Positions 8,825-16,629 of a stretch of DNA of 40,137 bases are shown in pieces. Both the position numbers and the translations under genes were made by a program. This DNA is from a virus (lineage: Duplodnaviria > Caudoviricetes). The notes beneath the pieces were generated by a model. The model was not told where the DNA came from. It did no database searches and was given only the letters and a program-made list of their open reading frames with translations. Location of the stretch: positions 1 through 40,137 of the IMG/VR virus record IMGVR_UViG_3300017700_000744. One strand, written 5' to 3'. Each line of letters starts with the position of its first letter. Within the stretch, counting starts at the first letter, position 1.

Positions 8825-8970
8825 AATATCCCCTCTATTAATTCAAGAATGTCTTTGCAAGCCGTTTCATATCCATCGACATAATCGTAACCGTGAATAC
8901 TGTCACCTGCTTCAATTTTCTTATCCACTATCGCATCTACTAGCATTTGTTTTTGTTCTTTGTGTAGCAT
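8821..8970 (-). CDS. Small hypothetical protein (49 aa, absent from ORF track)
   Basis: MLHKEQKQML...ELIEGIL fills the gap; stop overlaps the next start. Confidence 0.55.
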   Translation of the reverse strand: MLHKEQKQMLVDAIVDKKIEAGDSIHGYDYVDGYETACKDILELIEGIL

Positions 8971-8973
8971 TGG

Positions 8974-9315
8974 TTACCGTCCGTTTCTATCTAGTGATTC
9001 AATCATTGCGACAATGACAGCACCACATTGGATAAGTTCTTTGCGTAAAGATTCTGTGTCTCCCAAGCATGAGGCGGCCTCACTGACTTCCTCCACTAGT
9101 ATGTGCATGTAAGTTCCCTTGCCTCGTCCGTGCCAAATCTCACATAGTTGTTTAGCTCTTTCCTCACTTGGGATTCCATATTCTTCACACATCCTTTCGG
9201 GCGTGCATGAGCCATCTCGATTAAGTAAAACTTGGTCAAGGATTGGGTGGTTTTGTTCGCCCCACTTTTCATCTTGCCGTTTACGTTCTGATAGTATTTC
9301 TTCGATTACGTTCAT
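8974..9315 (-). CDS. MazG-like nucleotide pyrophosphohydrolase-fold protein
   Basis: ER.RQDEKWGEQNH, ILVEEVSEA and RKELIQCGAV helical acidic motifs. Confidence 0.6.
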   Translation of the reverse strand: MNVIEEILSERKRQDEKWGEQNHPILDQVLLNRDGSCTPERMCEEYGIPSEERAKQLCEIWHGRGKGTYMHILVEEVSEAASCLGDTESLRKELIQCGAVIVAMIESLDRNGR

Positions 9316-9318
9316 TAA

Positions 9319-9576
9319 TTATAACTCCTCTTTTGCAAGTGCAATGATTTCACTTAAGAGCCTAAACTCTTCATCTGTTTGTGGAATAAATTTATGTAGC
9401 CCCTCGATAAAACCTTGTTTTCGTGACAAAACTAGCCATAAAACAAAATCTATTGATACTCCACCATTATCTAATTCTGCATACATCATTTTATTTGGAT
9501 GCGTGCCTGGATTGTTTTTTGCTTCTGCATATTTATGAAAATAAGTTTTTAAAATTTCATATTCATTTGCGTCCAT
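9319..9576 (-). CDS. Hypothetical protein
   Basis: Operon ORF. Confidence 0.6.
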   Translation of the reverse strand: MDANEYEILKTYFHKYAEAKNNPGTHPNKMMYAELDNGGVSIDFVLWLVLSRKQGFIEGLHKFIPQTDEEFRLLSEIIALAKEEL

Positions 9577-9579
9577 CTC

Positions 9580-10272
9580 TCAAATCTCCTCACTGGATAT
9601 ACAAACAGGATCGCCGATGTAGGATAATGAAGAAGCGATCTTTCTATACCGGAATGCTTGTTCTCTTGATGGATATGGAATATTAGAACAAATAATATAT
9701 TCGGCACCATCTTTCCAAACATTTATCCACTCTTCTTTCCTTCTAGGGATGTTACGGAGGTCACTTGATTCAACGGTGCGTATAAACTTATTGCCGTCTA
9801 ATAATATGTAAAGTCCAAGACGATCCGTATGCTTCCCTACTAAAATAAATTCCTCTTTTGTTACTGTGTATGTGCATCTCCCTCCATCCTCATTCAAACA
9901 ACGGTCAATGTCAAAAGGTTTTGGTGTGGACGGTAAGAGCAATTCATCGAGTTCTTTGGACGTAAGTTTTGGTTCCATTTCGTTGTCAATAAGTGTCCTT
10001 AATTCATTCGTCCATTCGCTAGGGATAGCCATATCGTCCGATTGATATCTCTGGATTGCGTCTTGAATTTCCTGAATTCTTTCGGCTTTTCGAATATATG
10101 CAGGAATAAGACCAAGTGGTGGTTTTTTTGTAAAAGTTCTCATTTGTGATTCCTTGATCTTAGATTTAAGTTTGCGCAATACTTCTTTTCTTTGTATGCC
10201 AATATAAGTCTGACTATAGTATGACTTAATCTCTTCATCAATCAATTCCAATACATCTTCTATTGTTTTCAT
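9580..10272 (-). CDS. Hypothetical multi-domain phage protein
   Basis: KPPLGLIP...R..EI..AI.RY...IP.EW module followed by a KPFD.../WINV module. Confidence 0.75.
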   Translation of the reverse strand: MKTIEDVLELIDEEIKSYYSQTYIGIQRKEVLRKLKSKIKESQMRTFTKKPPLGLIPAYIRKAERIQEIQDAIQRYQSDDMAIPSEWTNELRTLIDNEMEPKLTSKELDELLLPSTPKPFDIDRCLNEDGGRCTYTVTKEEFILVGKHTDRLGLYILLDGNKFIRTVESSDLRNIPRRKEEWINVWKDGAEYIICSNIPYPSREQAFRYRKIASSLSYIGDPVCISSEEI

Positions 10273-10446
10273 TCATGGCCCATCCCAATCAGGCAAGGCC
10301 TTGAATTCTTCTTCTGACATCTCAATGACTTTTATAGTGATCTCATCGTCGATGTCACAGTCTTTGAGCATATCAATAATTGTGGGTAAATCCTTTTCAA
10401 GGCAAGGATTTGTTCCTTTTTCTAATGTAACTTCATAAACTTTCAT
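10273..10446 (-). CDS. Small acidic protein (57 aa, absent from ORF track)
   Basis: AAGGAG RBS; MKVYEV...MSEEEFKALPDWDGP. Confidence 0.7.
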   Translation of the reverse strand: MKVYEVTLEKGTNPCLEKDLPTIIDMLKDCDIDDEITIKVIEMSEEEFKALPDWDGP

Positions 10447-10447
10447 T

Positions 10448-10732
10448 TTAGTTCTCCTTAAAACTTAGTCGACTCTCAAACCAACCAAACAAAAAACACG
10501 TTTTACAAAAAAACTGCATATATTCATCGGCTTCCCTAAGTGTGATATATGAGAGATCTGATTTGTATATTGGGTCTTTTGCATCTCCGAAAATATGCGC
10601 TGTCATAATTAGATCCCTGTCTTCATAAAGATAAAATCTTACCCTAGTCGGCTTTATAGCATTCTTTTGAGCATATAACGTACGGCTTGAGTGACTAACA
10701 TGTAATGGGATTAATGATTGTCTTTCTCTCAT
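10448..10732 (-). CDS. Hypothetical protein
   Basis: ORF directly after the promoter repeat; possibly near-leaderless. Confidence 0.55.
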   Translation of the reverse strand: MRERQSLIPLHVSHSSRTLYAQKNAIKPTRVRFYLYEDRDLIMTAHIFGDAKDPIYKSDLSYITLREADEYMQFFCKTCFLFGWFESRLSFKEN

Positions 10733-10733
10733 A

Positions 10734-10769
10734 TTTACCTTAAAATATTTATCTAATCAAAAACGTCAA
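10734..10769 (-). promoter_or_regulatory. Leftward promoter-like site TTGACG-N16-TATTTT (repeated element, copy 2)
   Basis: Near-identical to 5910-5945. Confidence 0.65.
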
Positions 10770-11659
10770 CTTTTATTTAATTGCGCAATAACCATATTGG
10801 CAATTTTTGCGTTCTTGCTATCAATATTCTGCATGCACTCAACTTTATTTTGGTCGTTTATGAATAGGTGAGACTCTAAAGCTTCTCTGGTTTCTTTTGG
10901 GAAATTCTTAATAGCATCGGATAATTTTTCTTTAAGCGTTCGGCCGTCAATTTTGGTTGGATCTTTTGGTGTGTGCACTATTTTTTCAGCTCCAACAAAG
11001 TTCCAAGTTTTTAGGAGACCCTCTAATGTGTAGGAAAGTTTGTGTTCCCCCCTCCATGGATTAGATAGATAAAGTTTTACCTGTTCATCGAATTCTAAAC
11101 GAGTGCATTTAGTCTCGAAACAAATTCTCAATGCTGTATCTGAGTGGATCTTGGGAGGAATTGATTGCGGGAATTTGAGTTTATATTCTCGTCTGAATAC
11201 TTCGTCTACATAATTATAGTCAGCTAAAACATCTTCCTCAACAACAATAGTAGATTCTTCTTCTTTTTTTTGTAAAATTTCTTTTGTATCTTCTTTCTTT
11301 TGTATGTCTACAATTTTGACTGGCTCATTTGTTCGATTTAGACTAGCAACCTGTTCAATTTTGACTACGTCTAAATTTTTGACTGGCTCTGATTCTATGA
11401 CCCAATATTCCGTAATCCCACCAATTATTTCCCATCCAATTACACCTTTTAACACTAGACCATCTTTTGCATCTAATACCCCTTGCCTAGATAGCCCAGA
11501 AAGTTTTATCATTTGTGAAATTGAAATCTTATCTCGTTTTTTGTGCCACCCATAAGTTTGTCTCACTATAACATTAAGAACACGAAGCTCCCCTTCCTTT
11601 AGGATGCACATTTTTGGGAATAGGAAATTAGGGTATGGTGTTGTGTTTGGCTCAAACAT
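10766..11659 (-). CDS. Replication initiator, lambda O-like N-terminal winged-helix domain
   Basis: LRVLNVIVRQTYGWHKKRDKISISQMIKLSGLSRQ motif; iteron-like repeats in the linker. Confidence 0.85.
   Translation of the reverse strand: MFEPNTTPYPNFLFPKMCILKEGELRVLNVIVRQTYGWHKKRDKISISQMIKLSGLSRQGVLDAKDGLVLKGVIGWEIIGGITEYWVIESEPVKNLDVVKIEQVASLNRTNEPVKIVDIQKKEDTKEILQKKEEESTIVVEEDVLADYNYVDEVFRREYKLKFPQSIPPKIHSDTALRICFETKCTRLEFDEQVKLYLSNPWRGEHKLSYTLEGLLKTWNFVGAEKIVHTPKDPTKIDGRTLKEKLSDAIKNFPKETREALESHLFINDQNKVECMQNIDSKNAKIANMVIAQLNKS
11255..11389. other. Putative replication origin: four iteron-like repeats plus an A/T-rich tract
   Basis: GTCTACAATTTTGACTGGCTC (11306), GTTCGATTTAGACT (11331), GTTCAATTTTGACT (11353), GTCTAAATTTTTGACTGGCTC (11369), inside the O-like gene as in lambda ori. 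Confidence 0.65.
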
Positions 11660-11687
11660 TAAGTGTAGTTAAAATTATTTCCTTTTT

Positions 11688-11753
11688 TTAGTTGACAGTG
11701 TATATAATTATGGAAGGATAGAAATGAAATTGTCTGCTATACAGCAACTTCAT
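11688..11753 (-). CDS. Putative 21-aa leader peptide (MKLLYSRQFHFYPSIIIYTVN)
   Basis: AAGGAG RBS at 11761-11766; stop 28 nt before the initiator ATG. Confidence 0.45.
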   Translation of the reverse strand: MKLLYSRQFHFYPSIIIYTVN

Positions 11754-11769
11754 TTTTTAACTCCTTGGA

Positions 11770-11803
11770 TACCCGGCCTTAAATAAGCCGGGTTTTCTAT
11801 TTT
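11770..11803 (+). terminator. Intrinsic terminator oriented against the early operon
   Basis: ACCCGGC-N9-GCCGGGT followed by a T-rich tract on the + strand only. Confidence 0.6.
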
Positions 11804-11960
11804 ACTTAGGGGTTACAGTCAAATTATATTTATTTGCTATTTGTTCTAATAACTCATCCACATCTTTTTTCTTATACCAAAGCTCATCTTCCGTTTTGGT
11901 TGCAGGTTTTAAACCTGCTCCTGTTTCATCCTCTACATATTCGTATGCCTGTAGTGTCAT
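11802..11960 (-). CDS. Small hypothetical protein (52 aa, absent from ORF track)
   Basis: AGGAG RBS; MTLQAYEY...LTVTPK. Confidence 0.65.
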   Translation of the reverse strand: MTLQAYEYVEDETGAGLKPATKTEDELWYKKKDVDELLEQIANKYNLTVTPK

Positions 11961-11969
11961 AACTATCTC

Positions 11970-12338
11970 CTATTTTCCTTTTGTTCTATTGGTTCTTATT
12001 ATATCTAACCATTCGTCGGCGGTATGCTTATCGTAGTAACCATACCGAATCTTTTTTAGTGCGCCGCGCCTACATGCACCTACTATAAGATTTTCTGCTG
12101 TCTGTCTAGTTATTCCAAGTGCCATGAGTTCTTCAACTATTACTTCACGCTTTATGGAATTCATAACCGACATTTCCTCTATGACCTTATTGAAACCCGC
12201 ACGTAAATATATATTTTTCGATTTACGAATGATTTCTTTACGTTCTAACTTAGGGTTCAACCAATGGATGGAAGCCTGTTTGGTTTTACCTAAGATTATG
12301 GAAATCTCAGTTAGTGTGATAATAGATGATTCAGTCAT
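11970..12338 (-). CDS. Putative DNA-binding protein (tandem HTH-like)
   Basis: ITLTEISIILGKTKQA and LMALGITRQTAENL...LKKIRYGYY patterns; start moved to MTESS. Confidence 0.5.
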   Translation of the reverse strand: MTESSIITLTEISIILGKTKQASIHWLNPKLERKEIIRKSKNIYLRAGFNKVIEEMSVMNSIKREVIVEELMALGITRQTAENLIVGACRRGALKKIRYGYYDKHTADEWLDIIRTNRTKGK

Positions 12339-12540
12339 TGCGTTTACGAGAGGCTTCGATTGCTTTTGAAATGGTTCCGTAATCATTCCCAGATTCAGCA
12401 AACATATATACCGCATCTTGCAACTCTTCCAGTTCCTTTTTGGTTTGTTCGTAGTCTTCGAATTTAATATACTCACCTTCTTCGGTTTCCTCTCTATCCC
12501 AATCACCGTAGAACGTGTATCTTTTTACTTTCTCACTCAT
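12331..12540 (-). CDS. Hypothetical protein (partial paralog of 6850..7215)
   Basis: EGEYIKFEDY plus shared KKELEELQDA. Confidence 0.75.
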   Translation of the reverse strand: MSEKVKRYTFYGDWDREETEEGEYIKFEDYEQTKKELEELQDAVYMFAESGNDYGTISKAIEASRKRND

Positions 12541-12836
12541 TCTTTTTTCTCCACTAGTTCAGATAGGCTGGAATCGAACATAGCTTGGTTTAATATTGCT
12601 ATTCTTGCCCCGCTTTCTATTTGGATTTGACAACCAGATGCCCAGTATCCTTTCTCCCTTATCTCATCCAAAAACTTCCTTTCGTTAGGTGTGCAGGTAG
12701 GTGGTATGGTTTGGCGGATAGACTCGGTTAATACTTTTTTGTTAGCTGAATTGATTGATTGATTTACGGGAAGACTCCACTTTATAACCAGATCAAATAT
12801 TTTCTCTTCAAATTCTGTTAGTTTGTTATCTTCCAT
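12537..12836 (-). CDS. Hypothetical protein, PTCTPNERKFLDEIR family copy 2
   Basis: Shares MEDNKLTE, PTCTPNERKFLDEIR and LVEKKE with copy 1. Confidence 0.8.
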   Translation of the reverse strand: MEDNKLTEFEEKIFDLVIKWSLPVNQSINSANKKVLTESIRQTIPPTCTPNERKFLDEIREKGYWASGCQIQIESGARIAILNQAMFDSSLSELVEKKE

Positions 12837-13072
12837 TAAATAAACCTTGTAAGTGTATTGATCAGTATATCCAATTCTTGCTTAGTTTTGATACTTGAAT
12901 TGTAATAGCCGTTAAGTTTTAAATCCCCAATACTTCCGCGCAAAACTAGATTTTTATCTTTTTGATAAATCCACAAATCCATCCCAGCCCATTGATCTTG
13001 CCCACAAATACCTTGCCTTTTGCGAACAAAACCTTTATCAAATAGATCTTGAGTTGTTATGTTATCTTCCAT
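12836..13072 (-). CDS. Hypothetical protein
   Basis: RBS/start region identical to that of 7424..7753. Confidence 0.7.
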   Translation of the reverse strand: MEDNITTQDLFDKGFVRKRQGICGQDQWAGMDLWIYQKDKNLVLRGSIGDLKLNGYYNSSIKTKQELDILINTLTRFI

Positions 13073-13352
13073 TGTTAGGCTCCTTTATGTTTAATTTCGC
13101 TAACTCTCTTTGATTTTTATTCCACGTGTTTAATGGATTCTTTGGACTCCACTTTTCAATTTCATTTTCTTCCACCCAAAGACACCCACCTCGACATTCA
13201 ATAAGATATTCTTTTGTATCTTCATCGTAACCATCAACTGTAAATCTTGTCCTAGATGATTTATATTCTCCAACAAAATCCTTGATAGAATTTATATTTT
13301 GCGAACTCATTTCTTCTGATGGAACAACGTAAGATTTTATCGGAAACTTCAT
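13062..13352 (-). CDS. Hypothetical protein
   Basis: ATGA coupling. Confidence 0.65.
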   Translation of the reverse strand: MKFPIKSYVVPSEEMSSQNINSIKDFVGEYKSSRTRFTVDGYDEDTKEYLIECRGGCLWVEENEIEKWSPKNPLNTWNKNQRELAKLNIKEPNNGR

Positions 13353-13549
13353 CCCTTCCCTCTCTTCTTTGGTTGTATAGGTGTTATGTGGACTTCGACT
13401 GGCACTAAATCATCAATACCATTTTCCCCTAGCCGTGCAATTAAGTGATCAATTAAATCCTTTTTTGATTCTTTTGGAGGGTCTTCTAAACTAAAAAACT
13501 TTCCAAGCTTATACCATGCCATCCACATTGTTTCTGATTTAATGGTCAT
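13349..13549 (-). CDS. Hypothetical protein (paralog of 7949..8146)
   Basis: Shared N- and C-termini. Confidence 0.75.
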   Translation of the reverse strand: MTIKSETMWMAWYKLGKFFSLEDPPKESKKDLIDHLIARLGENGIDDLVPVEVHITPIQPKKRGKG

Positions 13550-13740
13550 TTCATTTGCTCCAAACAAAATTTATCAATAATGTCGATGGCTTCTTGCTCT
13601 GGTTTATCTAAAAGCCATAAGACAGCCTCAAGGGAAGTCCCAAATTTTTGAAATTCCAGAGACCATTGTTCACATAACCATGTTAAAAACTTTTGCCCAT
13701 ACTTGGCTCTTGTTTCGCTAAAAAATTCCCAGGCTGTCAT
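13546..13740 (-). CDS. Hypothetical protein
   Basis: GAGG RBS; ATGA coupling. Confidence 0.6.
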   Translation of the reverse strand: MTAWEFFSETRAKYGQKFLTWLCEQWSLEFQKFGTSLEAVLWLLDKPEQEAIDIIDKFCLEQMK

Positions 13741-13883
13741 TTGCATCCTCTCCTATGTTTTCCATCTGTTCCCCCGCACTCGGGACACTCACTATGACAC
13801 TGACATTCATCTAGTCCGCAATCACAGTAATGAGATTCCATATGTTTGTCTGCTTGGTTAAGTATGTAGTTATCGTAGCTCAT
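13737..13883 (-). CDS. Small Cys-rich protein (48 aa, absent from ORF track)
   Basis: CDCGLDECQCHSECPECGG...H..GC; ATGA-coupled at both ends. Confidence 0.65.
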   Translation of the reverse strand: MSYDNYILNQADKHMESHYCDCGLDECQCHSECPECGGTDGKHRRGCK

Positions 13884-14107
13884 TCATAAACCCCTGCTAA
13901 CCATGTTTTGAAATTTTCTTCAATAGTTGTTCTGGCTGAATCTGCATTTTTTGGGTATGAATGTGTGTCTCTAAAGTTCGTATGAAATCGCGTATCCCAA
14001 GAAATCCAGTCTTCTCCGCGCTGATGAAAGACTACAAAAAATCCTATAATAGCTCCGTTTACACGACAAACCTGTTTTTTCTTACCAGACCATTTAAATT
14101 TAATCAT
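13880..14107 (-). CDS. Hypothetical protein
   Basis: GAGG RBS before MIKFKW. Confidence 0.65.
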   Translation of the reverse strand: MIKFKWSGKKKQVCRVNGAIIGFFVVFHQRGEDWISWDTRFHTNFRDTHSYPKNADSARTTIEENFKTWLAGVYE

Positions 14108-14298
14108 TTTTGATGCCTCGGAATCCTGAATAACCAACCAAACATAAACGTCAACCACGCAAATTGAATTTCAATTCCTGTTTCATCATCATAAATCTTA
14201 TGGATGACAATTGAAATCTGAGGGAAAATTCTAATCCAAATTGTTTTACCATCATTCGTGCTTCTATATTTAAACCTTGAAGGCGCGATCAATTTCAT
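14104..14298 (-). CDS. Hypothetical protein
   Basis: AGGAG RBS before MKLIAP. Confidence 0.6.
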   Translation of the reverse strand: MKLIAPSRFKYRSTNDGKTIWIRIFPQISIVIHKIYDDETGIEIQFAWLTFMFGWLFRIPRHQK

Positions 14299-14596
14299 TT
14301 CCTTTCTCCTTTGGGTATGGTAGTTCACGCCATTTAACCGCTATTGTGAGATGGCCACAAGTCTCTTGGAAATAATTTATCGAAGAATCATACCATCCGA
14401 TACCTATTTTCCCGTCTTCATGATAAATTAAAATAAGATTATCATGTTTCGGCGGCTTACTCGCATCTATCCACGGATCATGTTTCCAAATTCTATAAAC
14501 GATCCAAAGAATAATCCTACATGTAGACCAACAAAACATAATGATTAAAACCATCTGCCCGAGAGCATAAAGATAAAGATCCAAATCAGTTTTCAT
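14270..14596 (-). CDS. Hypothetical protein (TM segment plus DUF551-like W..A.K.P...W.ELP domain)
   Basis: PWIDASKPP and VKWRELPYP motifs. Confidence 0.6.
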   Translation of the reverse strand: MKTDLDLYLYALGQMVLIIMFCWSTCRIILWIVYRIWKHDPWIDASKPPKHDNLILIYHEDGKIGIGWYDSSINYFQETCGHLTIAVKWRELPYPKEKGNEIDRAFKV

Positions 14597-14873
14597 TTTC
14601 TTGCTCTCCTCTCATTTCATCTTTCATCATCTGCAAAGTTCTAAATAATTCCATATTTAACCATAATTCAACTTCTGATAGCTCATTAAATTTATGATGG
14701 CGGCCACCATCGAAAAAATCAAAGATATATGAATGAGCTATTTTATTTTCTAGGTCAATTGTCAATGGATCATAAGATTTACTTGCGTCATCAGAAATAT
14801 TCGCACAAACCCTAAGCCTTAAAATCGCTGCGGCGGTAAATTCTAATTCTTTTACTTTATCTTGTGGACTCAT
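14586..14873 (-). CDS. Hypothetical protein
   Basis: Operon ORF. Confidence 0.65.
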   Translation of the reverse strand: MSPQDKVKELEFTAAAILRLRVCANISDDASKSYDPLTIDLENKIAHSYIFDFFDGGRHHKFNELSEVELWLNMELFRTLQMMKDEMRGEQENEN

Positions 14874-14902
14874 TTTCGCTCTCGAATTATCTCGATCGAC
14901 TC

Positions 14903-14949
14903 TACTATAGATTCAAGTTTTACAAAACGAAAAACTTGAATCTATAGTA
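14903..14949. repeat. Perfect 19-bp inverted repeat with 9-nt loop
   Basis: TACTATAGATTCAAGTTTT-acaaaacga-AAAACTTGAATCTATAGTA. Confidence 0.95.
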
Positions 14950-15056
14950 TTAATGAAAAGCCTTTCAGACTCTGTAGAATCTTCCCTTTGCAAATTTGAT
15001 ACATTTAATTCAAATTTACCATTGCTTTCGTGTACTGATATATGTAATACGTGCAT
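14913..15056 (-). CDS. Small ORF (47 aa), possibly truncated within the inverted repeat
   Basis: MHVLHISVHES... stops inside the repeat; the +1 frame continues to a TGA coupled to the next gene. Confidence 0.45.
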   Translation of the reverse strand: MHVLHISVHESNGKFELNVSNLQREDSTESERLFINTIDSSFSFCKT

Positions 15057-15091
15057 ATCTATTTAACTTCCTATTAAAAAATCTATTCCGT

Positions 15092-15679
15092 TCATTTCTC
15101 TACCTTCTGTAAATGCTTATATCGTTTACCTAAAAATATAAACCCTTTCCCGGTAACTAATGCAACAGAGAATACGCGGCTCCCTATTTTTTTCTGAACA
15201 ACTTTAAAATGGTTTGCATCTATTTGGTCTTGATAAGGTAAATTATTTGGCATAATTAAATGGTCGTCTTTTAAAAGTTTAAAAAATCCATTTTGTCCTA
15301 CAGTTAGATTTAGCATTTTTGCAGTATCGCCAATTCTCGAGCATCTATCAGAATCAGAAACTAGATCATAAAATTCAGCTTTCGGTTTCATTTCTTCTAT
15401 TTGCAGCTTTTGTGCCTGAATTCGATCATTCATCCATTGCATGACACTTAATGCACGTTCTTCCATTTCTAAATCAGTAACAGCACCTACAAGTCCACTT
15501 GTAGCTGTCATACGTTTTTTTATTTCCGTTACCTGAGACTCATTAAGTCTAGTTTGAACTCCATTTCTCATTAAATCTGGATATAAAGTTCGGATATGCC
15601 ACCTGACGGCTTCCTCGGTTGTTCCCATAATATTTGAGAATTCTTTAATTGTCATTGTTTGTTGTGTAAGCTGGTTCAT
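15092..15679 (-). CDS. Phage antirepressor with KilAC (ANT) C-terminal domain
   Basis: KPKAEFYDLV, IGDTAKML, GQNGFFKLL, NLPYQ and VTGKG. Confidence 0.85.
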   Translation of the reverse strand: MNQLTQQTMTIKEFSNIMGTTEEAVRWHIRTLYPDLMRNGVQTRLNESQVTEIKKRMTATSGLVGAVTDLEMEERALSVMQWMNDRIQAQKLQIEEMKPKAEFYDLVSDSDRCSRIGDTAKMLNLTVGQNGFFKLLKDDHLIMPNNLPYQDQIDANHFKVVQKKIGSRVFSVALVTGKGFIFLGKRYKHLQKVEK

Positions 15680-15945
15680 ATACTAGATACCTCACTCAAT
15701 ACCTCTACCCCACAAATAGCGCCGATCAAAAAACTAATAATCCCATTAAAAACCATAAAGACCTCTATACCTTGAGTTGGATGCGATGTTTGTGTTAAGA
15801 TATAGAAATCAAAAGTAAATTCTCTAAATGGAGATAAGGCAATAATACCAAGTGATCCAGCAGTAAAATGAATTATCCAAAAAACTATACTAGCTGATAC
15901 CACAGTAGCAATAGGCATCAAAACAAATCCTAGCAATATCCTCAT
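15676..15945 (-). CDS. Small membrane protein
   Basis: 2-3 hydrophobic segments; ATGA coupling at MRILL. Confidence 0.6.
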   Translation of the reverse strand: MRILLGFVLMPIATVVSASIVFWIIHFTAGSLGIIALSPFREFTFDFYILTQTSHPTQGIEVFMVFNGIISFLIGAICGVEVLSEVSSI

Positions 15946-16136
15946 TTCTTTCGAGCCTCCATCATTGCGTCCGCGATTTTGTAACACCTTCGAGCGATGC
16001 GTTCAGATGGATATTCCGCAGTCCATTCTCCTGATAGGCATTGTCCTGCAAAATAATCTCTCAAATTCATACCAGTATCCCAAATAGAATGTGATGTTAC
16101 CGGAAAAGCTCTTGGTTCAAATGATTCTTTTGACAT
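15942..16136 (-). CDS. Conserved phage hypothetical protein (AFP...GM.LRDYFA type)
   Basis: AAGGAG RBS; RAFP, GMNLRDYFAG and CYKIADAMMEAR. Confidence 0.8.
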   Translation of the reverse strand: MSKESFEPRAFPVTSHSIWDTGMNLRDYFAGQCLSGEWTAEYPSERIARRCYKIADAMMEARKK

Positions 16137-16151
16137 TGTATTCTCCTTTAG

Positions 16152-16249
16152 ATCGGAGAAGGTAGGCAAATAAAAAAAGCCGTTCACTGCGACCCAAGGG
16201 GAGACTTGGATCTGAGTCAACGGCTCTGTTCATCGGCTCTCCCTCCGAT
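16152..16249 (-). ncRNA. Structured leader or antisense-type RNA upstream of the antirepressor operon
   Basis: Nested stems ATCGGAG/CTCCGAT, AGCCGTT/AACGGCT+T-run and ATCCAAG/CTTGGGT; TTGACT upstream at 16278-16283. Confidence 0.5.
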
Positions 16250-16279
16250 TGTTTTATTGATTATCTAATCTAATTCTAG

Positions 16280-16438
16280 TCAACTATTTTTTTCTCTAAT
16301 TTCTTCGATAGGACGTAAATCTTTAAAAACTGCCTGTACAATTTCATCGAAAGTTTCATCAGAACAATTTCCCCAAAGATCGTCTGTATTTTTTACAAAC
16401 CAAGCTCTAAGATGTTTATGTTTATCACTGTGGATCAT
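16280..16438 (-). CDS. Small hypothetical protein (52 aa, absent from ORF track)
   Basis: GAGG RBS; ATGA coupling; MIHSDKHK... Confidence 0.55.
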   Translation of the reverse strand: MIHSDKHKHLRAWFVKNTDDLWGNCSDETFDEIVQAVFKDLRPIEEIREKNS

Positions 16439-16629
16439 CTCAATTCCTCTATCCAGCGATCAATAATAATTCCTAGCCAAATGAACCCTAGAAATATAGC
16501 AACTCCTTGAAGAATTGTTCTAACCAAACTAGGGCGCACACCGCACCTAACATCAAGGGATATCCCCAATGCGAAACCGATTCCTCCAACTACAATCCAT
16601 ATTCTATAAAGAGTATCGTAATCTATCAT
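16435..16629 (-). CDS. Two-TM small membrane protein
   Basis: Two hydrophobic segments. Confidence 0.65.
   Translation of the reverse strand: MIDYDTLYRIWIVVGGIGFALGISLDVRCGVRPSLVRTILQGVAIFLGFIWLGIIIDRWIEELR

Noticed and set aside
14903-14949. Protelomerase target site
   Set aside because: It has a 9-nt asymmetric loop and no protelomerase gene was recognised
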